From NCBI RefSeq assembly GCF_009914755.1, contig NC_060925.1: 64,000 nt of DNA, one strand, 5' to 3'. How positions within the stretch are numbered: the first letter of the stretch is position 1; the number at the start of each line of letters is the position of its first letter. Positions 11,280 through 24,079 of this stretch are shown one piece after another. This stretch comes from the human T2T-CHM13v2.0 reference genome, Homo sapiens. Made by a program: the position numbers and the translations under genes. The notes below the pieces were generated by a model. It did not search any database. It saw only the letters and a program-made list of their open reading frames with translations, and had not been told where the DNA came from.

Positions 11280-11940
11280 TAACAGTGACAGCACGTACAT
11301 TTAGAGCACTTCCCACACTCCAGGGATTTTAAGCACTTCATATGTTTACTCATGTAGCGTGCACAAAAGCCCTATGAAGTTGGTGTTGTGCTTGTTCTCA
11401 TTTTATAGATGGGAATCCAGCAGACTGGGTTGCTCAGGAAGCCAACTCTGAGACGGACATGGGCATGCAGTCTGTTTAAGAGGGAGTGCTCTTGGGACCA
11501 ACACCGGTGGGAAGAGGGAAGAGGCAGGAGGGGCCCAGGGAAATTTTGAGCTGTAATATGGTCTCAGCCAAGACCTCAGCTGGCCCCATGGGGTGCTCTG
11601 GAACTTGGATGGTCCTTCAGTTGATCCAAGTGGGGTAAGGGGATTAGACTTTGCACTCCTATGTTGATCAGACATCTGATGTGAACATGAACTTGAGTGA
11701 GTCAGTTTTCTTGACCCAAGCGGACTTCCCAGAAAGGGCTGACAGCTGTGGGCTGTCTTGCCACAGCACTTCCAGCCACTGAGGGCAATAAGTTCTTCAT
11801 TCTGGAAGGGGTACCCCATGACACATCACAGCAGCCAACACAGGAACCCAGGCATAGACAGGCCAAGTAACTGCCCTAAAGTCCTGCAGCTTTAAGTGGG
11901 GAGGCGGGTATCAGGATTGGAACTCAGGTTATATTGCCTC
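11280..11940 (-). mobile_element. MIR split by an LTR16-like insertion
   Basis: Core breaks at cattttatagatgggaa and resumes at ggaacccaggcatagacaggccaagtaactgccc. Confidence 0.75.
11416..11842 (-). mobile_element. ERVL solo LTR (LTR16-like)
   Basis: gggttgctcaggaagccaactctgagacgg...gagtgctcttgggaccaacacc...ggggtgctctggaac; ends in caca; GGAA on both flanks. Confidence 0.7.
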
Positions 11941-12319
11941 CTAGGGAATTTTTGCATGCATTTAGAATAGTGTCTGACAATAAGTGCTCAATAAAGGTTA
12001 GCTGCTCTTGTTATTGTTGTTATTATTTTATAAGTGGGAAAACTAGACAGTGGTGAAGTTAAATCATGTTCCTAAGGTCACACAGCTACTAAGGACTAGA
12101 GTTGGAGTTTTAACCCCATTTCATTAGTTAGAAAATTAATACAAGTCCCATTAGAGCAAGGACTTCTTTATCAATAGGGGCTAGAATGCCTAGCACATTG
12201 TAGGTGTGCCGTAAAAATTTGTGAAGTTAATTATGTGCTTATTTAATTAAAATATTTATGGAGCTTTGAGTCTGACTCCCCAGGCCTTTGTTCCCTCCAC
12301 CAGCAGATCTGAGTGTTTT

Positions 12320-12485
12320 CTGGCTGACATTGGAGACTATCTGGTCTAAACACTCCCATTTTATGGATGAGCAAACCGAGGCTCAGAAGAGACTCACCCA
12401 AGGTTCCAGAGCCTCTCAGTGGCTGGTCAGGACTCCTACCGAGGTCTCTGGACTTTGTGGTCTTGTGTTCTTTCGACTGTATCAA
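12320..12485 (-). mobile_element. MIR fragment
   Basis: cccattttatggatgagcaaaccgaggctcaga...cccaagg. Confidence 0.75.
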
Positions 12486-12499
12486 CGTGTACTGCAGCT

Positions 12500-12630
12500 G
12501 CCTGGAGATCAAATGCGAAGGCTGACTCCGAAGGTCCTGGCTGGATCCTGAGTTTCCACATTTCCAGTGAGCTCCCAGCTGGTTCTGATGCGATGATGCT
12601 GGTCCATGGACCACCCTTTGAGAAGCAAGG
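12500..12630. mobile_element. MER5A-like hAT MITE fragment
   Basis: gatgctggtccatggaccaccctttgagaagcaagg resembles the MER5A terminus. Confidence 0.7.
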
Positions 12631-12989
12631 GAGTCAGCGGTCACAAATATTTGAGAGCAGGAGATCCCCAAGAGCCAAAGCAGGTCGGTGCTGCGATTTG
12701 GTGTTGAATGGCCGGGGCCTGTTCCTCTTCCTGCCACACGTAATCCAGGTGCTGTCAACAGGCAGCAGGAACACCTGGTTGTGGGGTCACAAATTCACTC
12801 AGGTGCCCGGCTGTTCCCTACTGAGCCTCTCCAGTAAATCAGTCATCTGTCAGAACTGGCTTAGACCGCCTGGTGTGCTGGAGCTGCAGCAGCTGGGCCT
12901 GGTGGGTTCCCAGGAGGGGCGCCTGCAACATGGGCTGCACAGGCGAGTTGCAACTCTGACTCTGCTCAGGTGGGCCAGAGGCAGGCCCC

Positions 12990-13190
12990 GTTTTGAGGCC
13001 AGGATCTGCTACTTACTCACCTGGAGGACTTGGGTGAGCCACCAACATCACCTCTCTGAGCCTCAGTCTCCTCACTTGTAAAATGGGATCATAGTACTTG
13101 CCTCCTCATAGGTAGTTGTGAGGCTTCAATGACGTAATGCATGTAAAGTTCTCAGCAGGCACTTAGTAAATGCTTGATGAATATTTGTTT
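12990..13190 (+). mobile_element. MIR SINE
   Basis: cctctctgagcctcagtctcctcacttgtaaaatgggatcatagtac...atgcatgtaaag. Confidence 0.85.
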
Positions 13191-13499
13191 TTCTTATGTT
13201 TATTTTTATGGGAGCTAGGTCTTCCAGAGAAATTCTTGGCAATAGGAAGGAAGGAGTGGAGGATTACTCAGCTTCCTATACATGGGGCTGGTAGGCATGA
13301 GTCAGGCCGGGGTCTGTGTGGGAGGGATTCCCACATCTTAACATCCACTTGTGTGTTCATGCAGAAATCTGAGCATCAGCCCGGCCTCTGCCCTTACCCT
13401 CACCCCCACATCCAGTCAATCAGCAGTTCCTTTCCTTTCTAACTTCTGAGTATCTTTTGGTATCCTCTGAGTATCTCTTATTTTCCGTGGCCTAAGTAA

Positions 13500-13700
13500 A
13501 TGGGCCATGCTTGGTGATGTCCTGGTATTTTCTTTAACTTTCCCAGGCCCCTGCAAGGCTTGTGAGAGAGAGGCCTTATTATGTTCACTTTACAGATGGA
13601 AATATCTAGGCTCAAAGTGGTCAAGCGGCTTCCCCTGTTAGTCAGTGACCGAATCTGATGAATCTCAGGTCTACTGGGTCATGGAGACTGTGCTTTAGAT
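13500..13700 (-). mobile_element. MIR fragment
   Basis: cacttttacagatggaaatatctaggctca. Confidence 0.6.
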
Positions 13701-14029
13701 GCTACACATTAGTCCTAGATAAGCAATCTTTGCAACGTGTTTTGCTTTGCATTTTAATGCATTTATCACTTGGTCTTTCCTGTGCCAGATGCCGCTCTTT
13801 GCCCAGTCATTGAACCACTTTCCTAACCGCTCATCTCCACATTCCAAAGCCTCCAGCATCTCTGGCTGGGGGACAAGGTTTGGCTGTCTGCCCAGGGTCC
13901 CCTGAGTCAAGCACATCTTTGGATCAAAAGTGACACAGATTTGTCCTGAAGTCCTGAATTTCCTCGGAGAAATAATAGATGATGAGCCTTTCACCATAAA
14001 TGACTGCTGAGCTCTTTGAAATCCTTTTC

Positions 14030-14740
14030 ACACTTCCCCACTCCTCCCTTCACTGTCACTGGTCCAAGCCACCGTCATCTCTTGGATTTCTTTCTAAGCT
14101 TCTTGAATTGACTTTTTCACTTTTTCAATCTCTGCTTCATACCACAACTAGACTTTGTTTTATAAATGTAAATCAGATTCCTTTTTTTTTTTTTTTTTTT
14201 GAGATGGAGTCTTGCTCTGTCGCCCAGGCTGTTGTACAGGGGCATGATCTCGGCTCACTGCAACCTCTGCCTCCTGGGTTCAAGTGATTCTCCTGCCTCA
14301 GCCCCCGAGTAGCTGGGATTATAGTTGCGTGCCACCACACCCGGCTAGTTTTTGTATTTTTAGTAGAGAAGGGTTTTCACCATGTTGGCCAGGCTGGTCT
14401 CGAACTCCTGACCTCAGGTTATCTGCCCACTTCGGCCTCCCAAAATGCTGGGATTATAGGCGTGAGCCGCTGTGCCCAGCTGCAAATCAGATTCTTACGC
14501 TCCTGCATAAAACCCTGCAAAGGATCTCTTTTATCCTTGGAATGAAGTCTGGAGTCCTCACCCTGACCTACAAGGGCCTTTACGATCTGGTTCCTACCTA
14601 CCCCCACCTCTCCAGCCTTTTCACGTCCATTTGTCCTGTCATTGCAGGCACATTAACTGTCTGTTTCCTACCAGGCCTCTGCCTGGATGGCTGTTCATCC
14701 TGTAAGTCCCCTCAGGGAAGTCATCTCTGACTCCGCACAG
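14030..14740 (+). mobile_element. L2 fragment, split by an Alu
   Basis: ctggtccaagccaccgtcatctc...aaatcagat...accctgacctacaagggcctttacgatctgg. Confidence 0.75.
14182..14481 (-). mobile_element. Alu (Sx-like), full length
   Basis: Poly-T and canonical dimer; TSD gtaaatcagattc / gcaaatcagattc. Confidence 0.98.
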
Positions 14741-15109
14741 CTGGGCTTTGAGCCTATGCTCTGTCCCTCCCAGAAGCCCCTGCCCCTCTTGTTATAACGG
14801 GCCTCATGCTATTGCAATTGGCACATTGAATAGGTTGGTCTTGGTGAGATATAAGCATGAAACAATTTTATTTTTTCTTGAATCATTACCTTCACATGTG
14901 CTCAATGGAATACACCTTTACGGCAGATCTGAGCATTTTCTGGCCAGTTAGTCCTTTAAAACTACAATCTCATTTCCAATTTGGGATTTATCTTTCTCCC
15001 TGGTCCAGGCAGGTCCTTTTGGCATCTGGATCTTTCCAGGGTCATGAAACCCATGGGTGGAATAGGGCATAAACATCTATTATGTGCTAAGTACTATATT
15101 TTAAACAAA

Positions 15110-15340
15110 TGAGTGGATGAAGGGCATGGGACTTTGGAATTAATCCCAGTTTGGGGATTAGGATTAGTTATTTCTCAGGATCTTGGGCAAGTTATTTGCC
15201 TTCTCTCAGCCTCAATTTCTTTATCTCTAATGTGGGGTTAATAATCTCTACTTGGCAGTTTGGGCTGAAGAGTAAATGTAAAATAAAATGATAACTACAA
15301 ACTTCTTAGCATAGCACTGACTGGTGCTCCATAGATGCCA
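15110..15340 (+). mobile_element. MIR SINE
   Basis: tcttgggcaagttatttgccttctctcagcctcaatttctttatct. Confidence 0.8.
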
Positions 15341-15922
15341 ATTCCTCTTCCTTATCTGTGACCATGGGGATGGTAATCCACTCCCCCCATAGGGCTGTGC
15401 TTACAACTTCGTGGGAAAACATGGAAATGAGGGCTTACTAATTGTCATTTTATTTTTTCAGGATTCCCGTTATGGTGTCTTCTAATGCCTCTAACTTTGC
15501 ATTGTGCAAATCAAACTCTCTAAAAAATATAGGCCAAATGGATTGAAGTGGGAGAAACCCCCCTCCTCCTCTGTTGGGTCACACAGCTAGCCTGTGTGAG
15601 GAGGGGTCTTGCTCAAGTTAAGCTGGCTATCCCTGCCCTCCTCATACCCCCTCATTATACCCTGCTGGGAATGTGAACTCACTGAGCAAGCTGTCCCTGG
15701 CTAGCCACAGAGCCTGCACCTTGCTGGGTGCGCATCTGATGCCCCAGCAGCTTTTGAAAGTGCCTCATCTGGGGAGTGAGTACCTCTCCAGGTCTGGGAG
15801 CAGGGAATTAACTGTTCGAGGCTTTTAGGTCCATAAGCAGGTGGTACAGAGGTAGGTGGTTGGGACAGGTGCCAAAAACGATTGGAAGAATGTGGGGAAA
15901 GCATTTCGTTGAGGAAGCAGAA

Positions 15923-15975
15923 ACGTGTGCACATGTGCACATGCGTGAGTGCATGTGTGCATGTGTGTTTGTGTA
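15923..15975. repeat. Alternating purine-pyrimidine (TG/CATG) low-complexity tract
   Basis: acgtgtgcacatgtgcacatgcgtg...; includes the 16-bp palindrome tgtgcacatgtgcaca (15926-15941). Confidence 0.85.
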
Positions 15976-16539
15976 GGTGTAGGGTACTGGCGGTAGCTGC
16001 CACACCTCAGTTCCAATTTCCCTTCAATCAAATTCCACTCAGCACCCTCTCCCTAAGTCGCTGCTTTGTGCTGGGCTCTGTACTGGGCGATGGAGGCAGA
16101 TACATGAGATAAGACTGCATCCCTGAACTCAGGGAGCTCAGAGTCTCACCAAGGACAGAGATACTCCCAGTTTAAATTTTGAATAATGTAATGTGTATTT
16201 TTCTAGGATATGAAAGAGAGGTGGGAGCAATTTTTCTCTTGCCTGAATTAGATGTCAAAGATGCCATAGGCTTTTAGAGCTTGAAGGAAATTTAACAGGA
16301 CTCAGGCCACCCATATATTGTGTGAGTGGGAAAATAGAGGCCCAGAGAGGGGAAGGAAGGAAGCCGTCCGAAGTCACCCTGTCATTTGTTGGTAGGAACA
16401 TGGGCACGGCACACTTTGCAGATTCCTCCCTCCTTTTGCTAGCCAGTCTTTACTCCTCCTTCCACTTAAATGACATTGTGTTGGAGAAGTCCTTCTTTGT
16501 TATCCCTCACCCCTAGCTAGGGCAAGGCCTCGCTTGTAA

Positions 16540-16716
16540 ACTCACTTGCCCTTTAAGCTTCCTGTTGGATAATACTCATTACATCTGTAATTACTCATTC
16601 AACCTTCTCTCTCCAATTAGATTGTGAGTCCCAGGAGGGTAGGAGCCACGTCTGTCTTGTTCACTGCTCTATCTCCAGCACAGTAGGTGCTCAGTAAGTA
16701 TTTGTTGAAGGATTAA
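16540..16716 (+). mobile_element. L2 3' end
   Basis: tagattgtgagtcccaggagggtagg...cacagtaggtgctcagtaagtatttgttgaa. Confidence 0.85.
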
Positions 16717-16887
16717 ATGCTTCATGACCCTGATGTCTGTCGTCTGAGTGCGTTGGGGTTTTCACCTGGCTCTTTTTTTCTGAGCATTACTAGAAAGGAT
16801 TGCATGGGAAGTGAGGAAGAAGGAAATAGGAAATTATGTGTTCAGAGTCCCCTCTGTGCCTGCCACTGGGCGGGTAACATTTCCAAG

Positions 16888-17254
16888 TGTATTAGTCCGT
16901 TTTCATACTTCTATAAAGAACTGCCGGAGACTGGGTTATTTATAAAGGAAAGAGGTTTAATTGACTCACAGTTCAGCATGGCTGGGGAGGCCTCAGGACA
17001 CTTACAATCATGGCGGAAGGCAAAGGGGAAGCAAGGCACCTTCTTCACAAGGAGAAGTGCTGAGTGAAGGTGGAAGAGCCCCTTATAAAACCATCAGGTC
17101 TTGGGAGAACTCACTCACTATCATGAGAACACCATGGGGGAAACTGCCCCCTCGGTTCAATTACCTCCACCTGGTCTCTCCCTTGACCCATGGGGACTAT
17201 GGGGATTACATTTCAAGATGAGATTTGGGTGGGGACACAAATCCTACCATATCA
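16888..17254 (-). mobile_element. THE1D-like solo LTR
   Basis: tgtattagtccgttttca...ggtctctcccttgac...gagatttgggtggggacaca...ccatatca. Confidence 0.93.
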
Positions 17255-17644
17255 CGAGGTGATCTCACTAGATCCTCTAGAAGCCTGAGTGCCTTGCAGG
17301 GCTGGAGAAGGGAACAGAGTCAGGAAATGGGCAATAGGGTGACAATGACACTCAGAGGCAGCCAGAGCCTTTCCAGGTGAGCTAGTCATTCAAAGTTCAG
17401 TGGGCCTTATGTCATCAAAACCAGCATGGGGAGGGCATGGCTGGGTGTTGTTGGTGATGGCTCAAGCACAGGCACATCTCGTCAGTCCTGTTTGCTGGCT
17501 CTTCTGCTGCATGCCAAGTCTTCATTAAGCCAGTCAAGGGGGCAGCGGCTGTTGCCAGTGGCCTCTAACAGTTCCCTGCTGGATATTCATTTGCTGTCCG
17601 GTATACCCAAACTTCCTGGAAGCTGAGTGGTGCCTTATTCTTCG

Positions 17645-17770
17645 CTTTTTAGCTGTGTGATCTCTGGGCTTCAAATGCCTCATCTGTAAAATGTGAAATA
17701 AAAGAGTACTTAGCTAATAGGCATCCTTTGAGGATTTAATGTCTTCAAACAAACCAAATGCTTAGATAAT
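17645..17770 (+). mobile_element. MIR fragment
   Basis: tagctgtgtga...cctcatctgtaaaatg. Confidence 0.7.
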
Positions 17771-17842
17771 GATATTAATACCTAATAAGGCCCCGTTCTC
17801 TCCCTAACATCTAGAACCAGTGTCTGGCATTGAATAGGTAAT

Positions 17843-18150
17843 GGTACGAGTTTGCTAGGGCTGCTGTAATCAAGTCCTGTAGACTGGGTGGCTTAAACGT
17901 CAGAAATTTATCTCTGCCCAGTTCCGGAGGCTGGAAGTCCAAGATCAAGATGTTAATAAGGTTGATTCCTTCTGAGGCCTTTCTCCTTGGCTTGTAGGTG
18001 GCTAATCTTCTCCCTGTGTCTTCACATTTTCTGTATGTGTATGTTCTCTAATTCCCCCTTTCTTATAAGGTCATTGGTTGTATTGGATTAGGGTCCATGC
18101 TGATGACCTTATTTTAATTTAATTACCTCTATAAAGACTCTATCTCCAAA
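17843..18150 (-). mobile_element. MLT1A/B-like LTR (truncated)
   Basis: tagggctgctgtaa...agactgggtggcttaaac...ggaggctggaagtccaagatcaag...ttggattagggtcca. Confidence 0.85.
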
Positions 18151-18157
18151 ACTTGAG

Positions 18158-18309
18158 GCTATTTAGGCATGCATTCTCTGTTGCAATTGCACACCTCTGC
18201 TGTTGTAGTGCAAAAGCAGCCATCAACAGCATGTCAATGAATGAACATTGCTGTGTTCCAATAAAACTTTATTTATAAAACAGGCCATGGGCCAGTTTGC
18301 TCACCCCTG
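18158..18309. mobile_element. MER58A-like hAT MITE fragment
   Basis: ctctgctgttgtagtgcaaaagcagccat...gctgtgttccaataaaactttattt...agtttgctcacccctg. Confidence 0.85.
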
Positions 18310-18619
18310 GCCCTCTGGGCCTCAGTTTCCTCATCCACAAATGGAGATAATAATAATTTCTTCCCTGAATTGTTGTCCCCAGTAAATACGATAGTTAACA
18401 GTCCTTAGCTACATTTTACTTAGCTCTTAATTTATGCCAGGCCCTGTGATATTTTTATAACATTATAAAGGAAACACTCTTATACAAGAGTCCTGGATTA
18501 GGAATCAGGAGATTTGAGTCTATGATGGCATGTTTCTCACTATTTATGTAGTCAGGGGCAAGTGATTTCCCTTCTGAACTGAGTATCTTCATCTGTAAGG
18601 CAGGGACCATAGTGACTAG

Positions 18620-18966
<347 letters not shown>

Positions 18967-19527
18967 ACAAGCCCACTCTTACTGGTCCCTATAACCCACA
19001 AGGAAGAGAAAGGAAGCTACCCCATCGCTTGATGTTAGGTAAGTGTGGGAAGGCTTTTATTCAAGCTGCTAGATGGTTCCTGACCGATTAAGTTGACCCC
19101 AGTTGCCCCTTTTATCTGATACCCTGAACCCTCTTCTTGACCTCCTTCTCTACTTAGGCTCTCACCAAAGCATGACTGCTGTGGAACTCAGACTCTCCCA
19201 GAGATTAGAAAGGAAACTTGCATAGGAAGTGCTTTAACTGGCCAAGGCGGAAGCATTTTTTTTTTCAGAGCTCTCCAAACTAGACAGTCCAAGGCCCCGA
19301 GGAGAAATTTTCTTTTGGTGGGGCTGAGTTGGGGCTTGGATGGGGGTAGGAGGCCATGCAGAGGTTTTGCATAGCAATGCTTCTCACAGTGCTGGCTGTG
19401 AGACGGGAGATAGACCTGGTCTGGTTTTAAGCAGATACCCTTTTCAGAGCTGTAATTTTTCCAGTGCCTTGCAGAACTTAAACATTTGCTGAGATAGTTT
19501 TAAACCCTATTCTTTCTTCTCTTTCTC

Positions 19528-19577
19528 TGTGCATGCATGTGTGTGCATGTGTGTGTGTGTGTGTGGGCATGTGCACA
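19528..19577. repeat. Imperfect (TG)n/(CATG) microsatellite
   Basis: tgtgcatgcatgtgtgtgcatgtgtgtgtgtgtgtgtg. Confidence 0.9.
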
Positions 19578-19664
19578 CAAAGTCATGGAGGCCGTTGAAA
19601 GACTTTCTACTTTCTTAGCTTGCTTAGAGGACGTGAAGTGGGGAAGCGAACATACTTGCTGTCT

Positions 19665-19830
19665 CTCCAGCACTTCCTGTGTGGCACTCTGCTAGGTGGT
19701 TTGTACACATGATTTCTTTTAATAATGAGATAGACATTACCTTTCACAATTTAAAGATGAGGAAACGAGTCTCAGAGAGGCTAAGCTCCCTCCCAAGACC
19801 ACATAGCTAGGAATGGAGGGAAGGAGCACC
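19665..19830 (-). mobile_element. MIR fragment
   Basis: aagatgaggaaacgagtctcagagaggctaag...cccaagaccacatagctag. Confidence 0.8.
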
Positions 19831-20139
19831 AAACCCTGATGGACCTGGGTGTGAGAGTACATTGAGAAGGTCTCCTTGATGGGAAACCTCACTCCATCCT
19901 TCCTACTACTTAGCTCTGAGCCCCTGGTTAGGCGTAGGCTCTCTGCAGGTGAAAGATAGAGCTGCAGCTACCTTTTGCCTCATGTGTTTATATACCTCCA
20001 CTCACTCCTGCATGGGGGATGTCCTTCCCACTGGGACTCCAGCTGCACAGAAATGCTTCCTGCTGGGTCTGGCTTTGGGTTCAGAAAGTCTCTCTTATAC
20101 CCTCCCTCTGCACGTGGCCATTTCAACGGTGATACAGCA

Positions 20140-20365
20140 GCTCTCACTTATTGAGCTGCTACTCTATGCAGGCACTGGGCTAAGTGATTTTCATATTTTA
20201 ATTCTCACCTAACCTTATGAATTAAGTAGGACTTGATATTTGCATGTTACAGATCAGAAAACTTAGAGAGTTTAAATAATGCACCACACAGCTAGCAGGT
20301 TGCAGAGCTGCGTAGTACCTCTAGGTCTGTCCAGGTTTAAAGTCCATGCTCTGAACCTCTCTGCT
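20140..20365 (-). mobile_element. MIR SINE
   Basis: cttattgagctgctactctatgcaggcactgggctaagtg...ttacagatcagaaaact. Confidence 0.8.
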
Positions 20366-21329
20366 TCATTGTCCTACTTATCACATGGTATGACACATTT
20401 CCATTTATGGGTCTGAGTCTCCTCTAGAATGAGACTCCCTGAGAGCGGGGCCCTAGGTGGTGGAGAGATGCTGGATTAGGGCCAGAAAGAACTGGTTGGG
20501 ACCACGATTTTGACATTGAATGACTGTGTGTCCTTGGCACTTTATCTTTCCAAAGCTCTGTTTTTTTTTAAAAAATTTTTGAAGTTGGGGTAATCATGTC
20601 CTGTATGGTGATATGATTATGGTAATACCATTCATGACAATATCAAAATGCCCAGTACATGTGCCACCAATGTTGGATGATCGAACAAATTCAAGCTCAG
20701 CCTTCCTGCAAGGCCGACTCTGCTGATACCCTGGGTGCGCCCTCAGACTTGCAGTCCTGGGTTAGAGAGCGGCTATTTCTGCTTTCACTTCCTTACACCG
20801 ACAAAAGCTACTTGATAGGGATGCCTATCTGGTGCTGCAGGAGATGGCAAGAGTCCAGAATATTCTCCCCACACAAAGAAATCCATCCTTATTAGGTTTC
20901 ATATGACTCTCTAGCTTCCCGCTTCCCTTTCCTCTCCTTGACTAAAATAAACCTTGCACATCAAAATCTTACTCTGCATCCCCTAAAGGGACAAGTGCCT
21001 TCTCTGGAATCCCTTGGAGTCTTGAAATGCAAAGGCTAACTCAGTCTCTAGGGAGAGGGACTATTTTGAATTTCTCAAGAAACTAATTCAAGAAGTGTGC
21101 CCTCCCACTACCCCCTACTCCCCAATTTCTCACAGTTGCAAGGACAATTCTGTGTGACAATTGGGACTGAAACATCAGATAGAAACTCAGGCCAGGCTGG
21201 GAGGATGCTGTAAATGCAGCCTCCCAGTCTGGCCTGAGTTTTGCTACTCCCTGCCCATCCCAGCTCCACCCTGGGTTCAGGACACAGAATGGGGGCTGAG
21301 GAGACACCCTTGGGATGGATAGGAGAGGT

Positions 21330-21565
21330 ACGCTGGAAGGGGCATGGGTTTTGAATTGCGAGAAGAAAAAATTGGGCCTGAATCTCCGTGCTTTACTTTC
21401 CGACCATGTGACTTTGGGTTTATCCTCAAATTTCTCTGTGCCCCAGCTTCTTTGTATGTAAGCAGGGATAGTGTTGACTAATTTGCAGATGGGTGTTACA
21501 TGACATGTTATCTGAAAATTATCCTGCTTGGAGTCTGACACTGAAAAATCACTTCTATTTATCAA
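21330..21565 (+). mobile_element. MIR SINE
   Basis: catgtgactttggg...tctctgtgccccagcttctttgtatgtaa. Confidence 0.7.
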
Positions 21566-23079
21566 ACACCTATTATCATAGATGGATCTAGCTGAGTCCA
21601 ACAGAGCCTGAGAACATAATCAGGACTGCTGAGCCACTGGCTCCTGGTTCCTGATGTGTTTGTGGGGTAAGGGAGCTGCTGTGGAGGTTTTATTCATGGG
21701 AGATGAGATGAGGGAGGAAGAGAGCGTGGGAGGGAGAAGTTGATGAAAACCGCTAAAGATGCTAAAGATGTGTTTTTTACAAAGCCCTTGGTGAAATTTG
21801 GGTTCTAAGTAGGGCTTTTTTGGAGCTCAGCCGACCAGGTAAAATACAGCTCTGGGGGTGAAGGCCCCTTCCCCAGTTATCCATGGAATACGGAATGACC
21901 GGAGGGCTGCAGTGAGGACTGAACAGAGTTTAGTGAGTTTGGTGTGTGATGCCCAGGGAGCTGTGGGAGGGAAGCGCTGTTCTCACAATGGGGATGGCAG
22001 CCGGGAGGAGCCCTCCTCGAGAAGCCTGTAAGCTGAGGATATCACTGAGGGTAGCACAGAACCTAGTGTTTGTGAGATGTCTCAGAAAAACCAGGCGAGA
22101 CTTTGAGGAAGGCCAAATTCCTTCATCAGCATGTGAGGGCTCTGAACCAGTAACATCTGAATTATTAATGTGACCTCATTTGTGCCGCCAGCCTGCTGGG
22201 GTCTGGGGATATTATTTTAGCTGAGGGTACCAGGGGATGTAATAGTATTGGTCTTGATTCTGGAAACTTTGGGGGTGGGGGATGGCATCTGGATCAGCTG
22301 CAATGGGCTTGGGGCAAACCAGCATCTGGCAGTGGAGTGAGCTTCCAGGAGGAACATGGGTTGCACTTTGCTAGTGGTTCAGGCTAGGGTGGAAAGGAGG
22401 GAGCAGGGGAAGGAAGACAGCCCCCAGGCCCTCTGGGAGCAGGAGTGAGAGTCAGGGGCTCCAGCTGATGGGCTGGGCTATGGACGGTAACTAATAATCG
22501 GTGAGAAGCATGATAGCATGTCTAGAAGCACTGTGGCCTACTGGTTAATTGCATGAGTTGGAACCACACTACCAAGGTTCAAAGGACAAGGAACAACTCT
22601 ACAGTTCCCGACTCTGTCACCCTAGCTTGGCTGGCCACTTAGAAGCATGCTAAGTAGGCTTAGCATGTCAACTTTTATGATGTATCTCACCTATTATTTT
22701 GTGCGCTGATGGTTATACATTCAAGGTAGGTGGAGTCTGATCCTACAGTCGGGCCTTCAATGAATGTGATGGGCAAAAGAGGGTGAAGAAACCAGGCTGC
22801 AGATAACAAAGTCTGGTCTTCCAAAAGCCTCCTGGGAAGCAAACAACAACAACAGACATTACAAATATTTTTGAGAAGGGGATATATCCATATTGGAAAC
22901 ATTCAACCAGTATAGAAAGGTATAGAGTGAAAACGACATTTCCGTCTGACCCTAGAAACTTATCTAGTCCTTCTTCTCAGGAGACTAGTTTCCTGAAATA
23001 GTCCATGCATATACAAGTGTATGTGAATGTGTATGTGTATAATATACATACTATCATGCAACTCAAATTAATTCTGTTT

Positions 23080-23330
23080 GTTATTTATTAAGTTCTTATG
23101 ATTTCCCAAGAACAAGGCTAGTACCTTCACATATGCTATCTCATTTAGTTCTATAACAACCTTGTGCGGTATCTGTTACTTTGACGATTATGCAAGTCAA
23201 AGGAAATGGAGGCTTGGTGACAGGAGCCGCATAATTTGCCCATGGCCACAGAATTTGAGAGCACAGGAGCTGGGAATCAAATCAGGTCTGACTGGCCTTA
23301 CAGGGGGTACACTCCCCACTACTTCATGCT
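23080..23330 (-). mobile_element. MIR SINE
   Basis: tatctcatttagttctataacaacc...ggaaatggaggct...atttgcccatggccaca. Confidence 0.75.
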
Positions 23331-23602
23331 GCCTCTTAAATGCTTATTGGAAAAATGTTTTCTGTGAATTTTCTAATTTGACCTTGGAAGGTCTATTGTG
23401 GTCTCTCAATGCTGAAAGGTATTGTTAGAGACTGGAGAGACAATCTGGGACACAGTGAATTTACTGGGGGCTCTTGGCTCCTCCATGTATCCATGGACCA
23501 TGTATCCATAGCTGTGCATTTATTACCATCTGCTGTAGAAGTTGTGCTGGCTCCCATGGAACGTGACTGGACTTGCTCGTAGCTCCAGCCTCTCTAAGCT
23601 GA

Positions 23603-23628
23603 GTGTGTGTGTTTGTGTGTGTGTGTGT
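23603..23628. repeat. Short interrupted (TG)n
   Basis: gtgtgtgtgtttgtgtgtgtgtgtg. Confidence 0.85.
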
Positions 23629-24079
23629 GAGTGTATGTTGGAAGTTTGGCTTAGGCCTGAGAAGCAGCCTGTTGTAGGTTTGCCATCAGTAAAGACCAAA
23701 GGGGACAGTGGAAGGAAATTTTGATTGCTTGTTCAGACTTTGCCCAACCTCCTTTCCTTTTTGATTTTACCAGTTTTTATAAAAACTCAAAGAAGAGCCT
23801 GTCCCAGTGAAAGGAGTCACCTCTCATTTTGTAAAGCTCTAAAACATGACAATATTACTGACTTTGCTCTGTTATTGTGAGGACCGAAGATAATAGTACA
23901 TGTTTGTGCTTCTCCAACTCAGAGTAGTTGTAACTTTGATTCCACGGTTACACTTGTCAACCTCCAGAGAAGGCACAGGATGGATAATGATGTTCTAAAC
24001 TATGAATGCACAGTGAATTTGAAGATATCATTGATTTTATTAATTCAAAGAGAGCATAAGGACATTATGGAGGAAATAT

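Noticed and set aside
12419-13081. 220-aa ORF
   Set aside because: Runs through MIR, MER5A-like and MIR sequence, starts at a non-ATG codon, and has no recognisable domain
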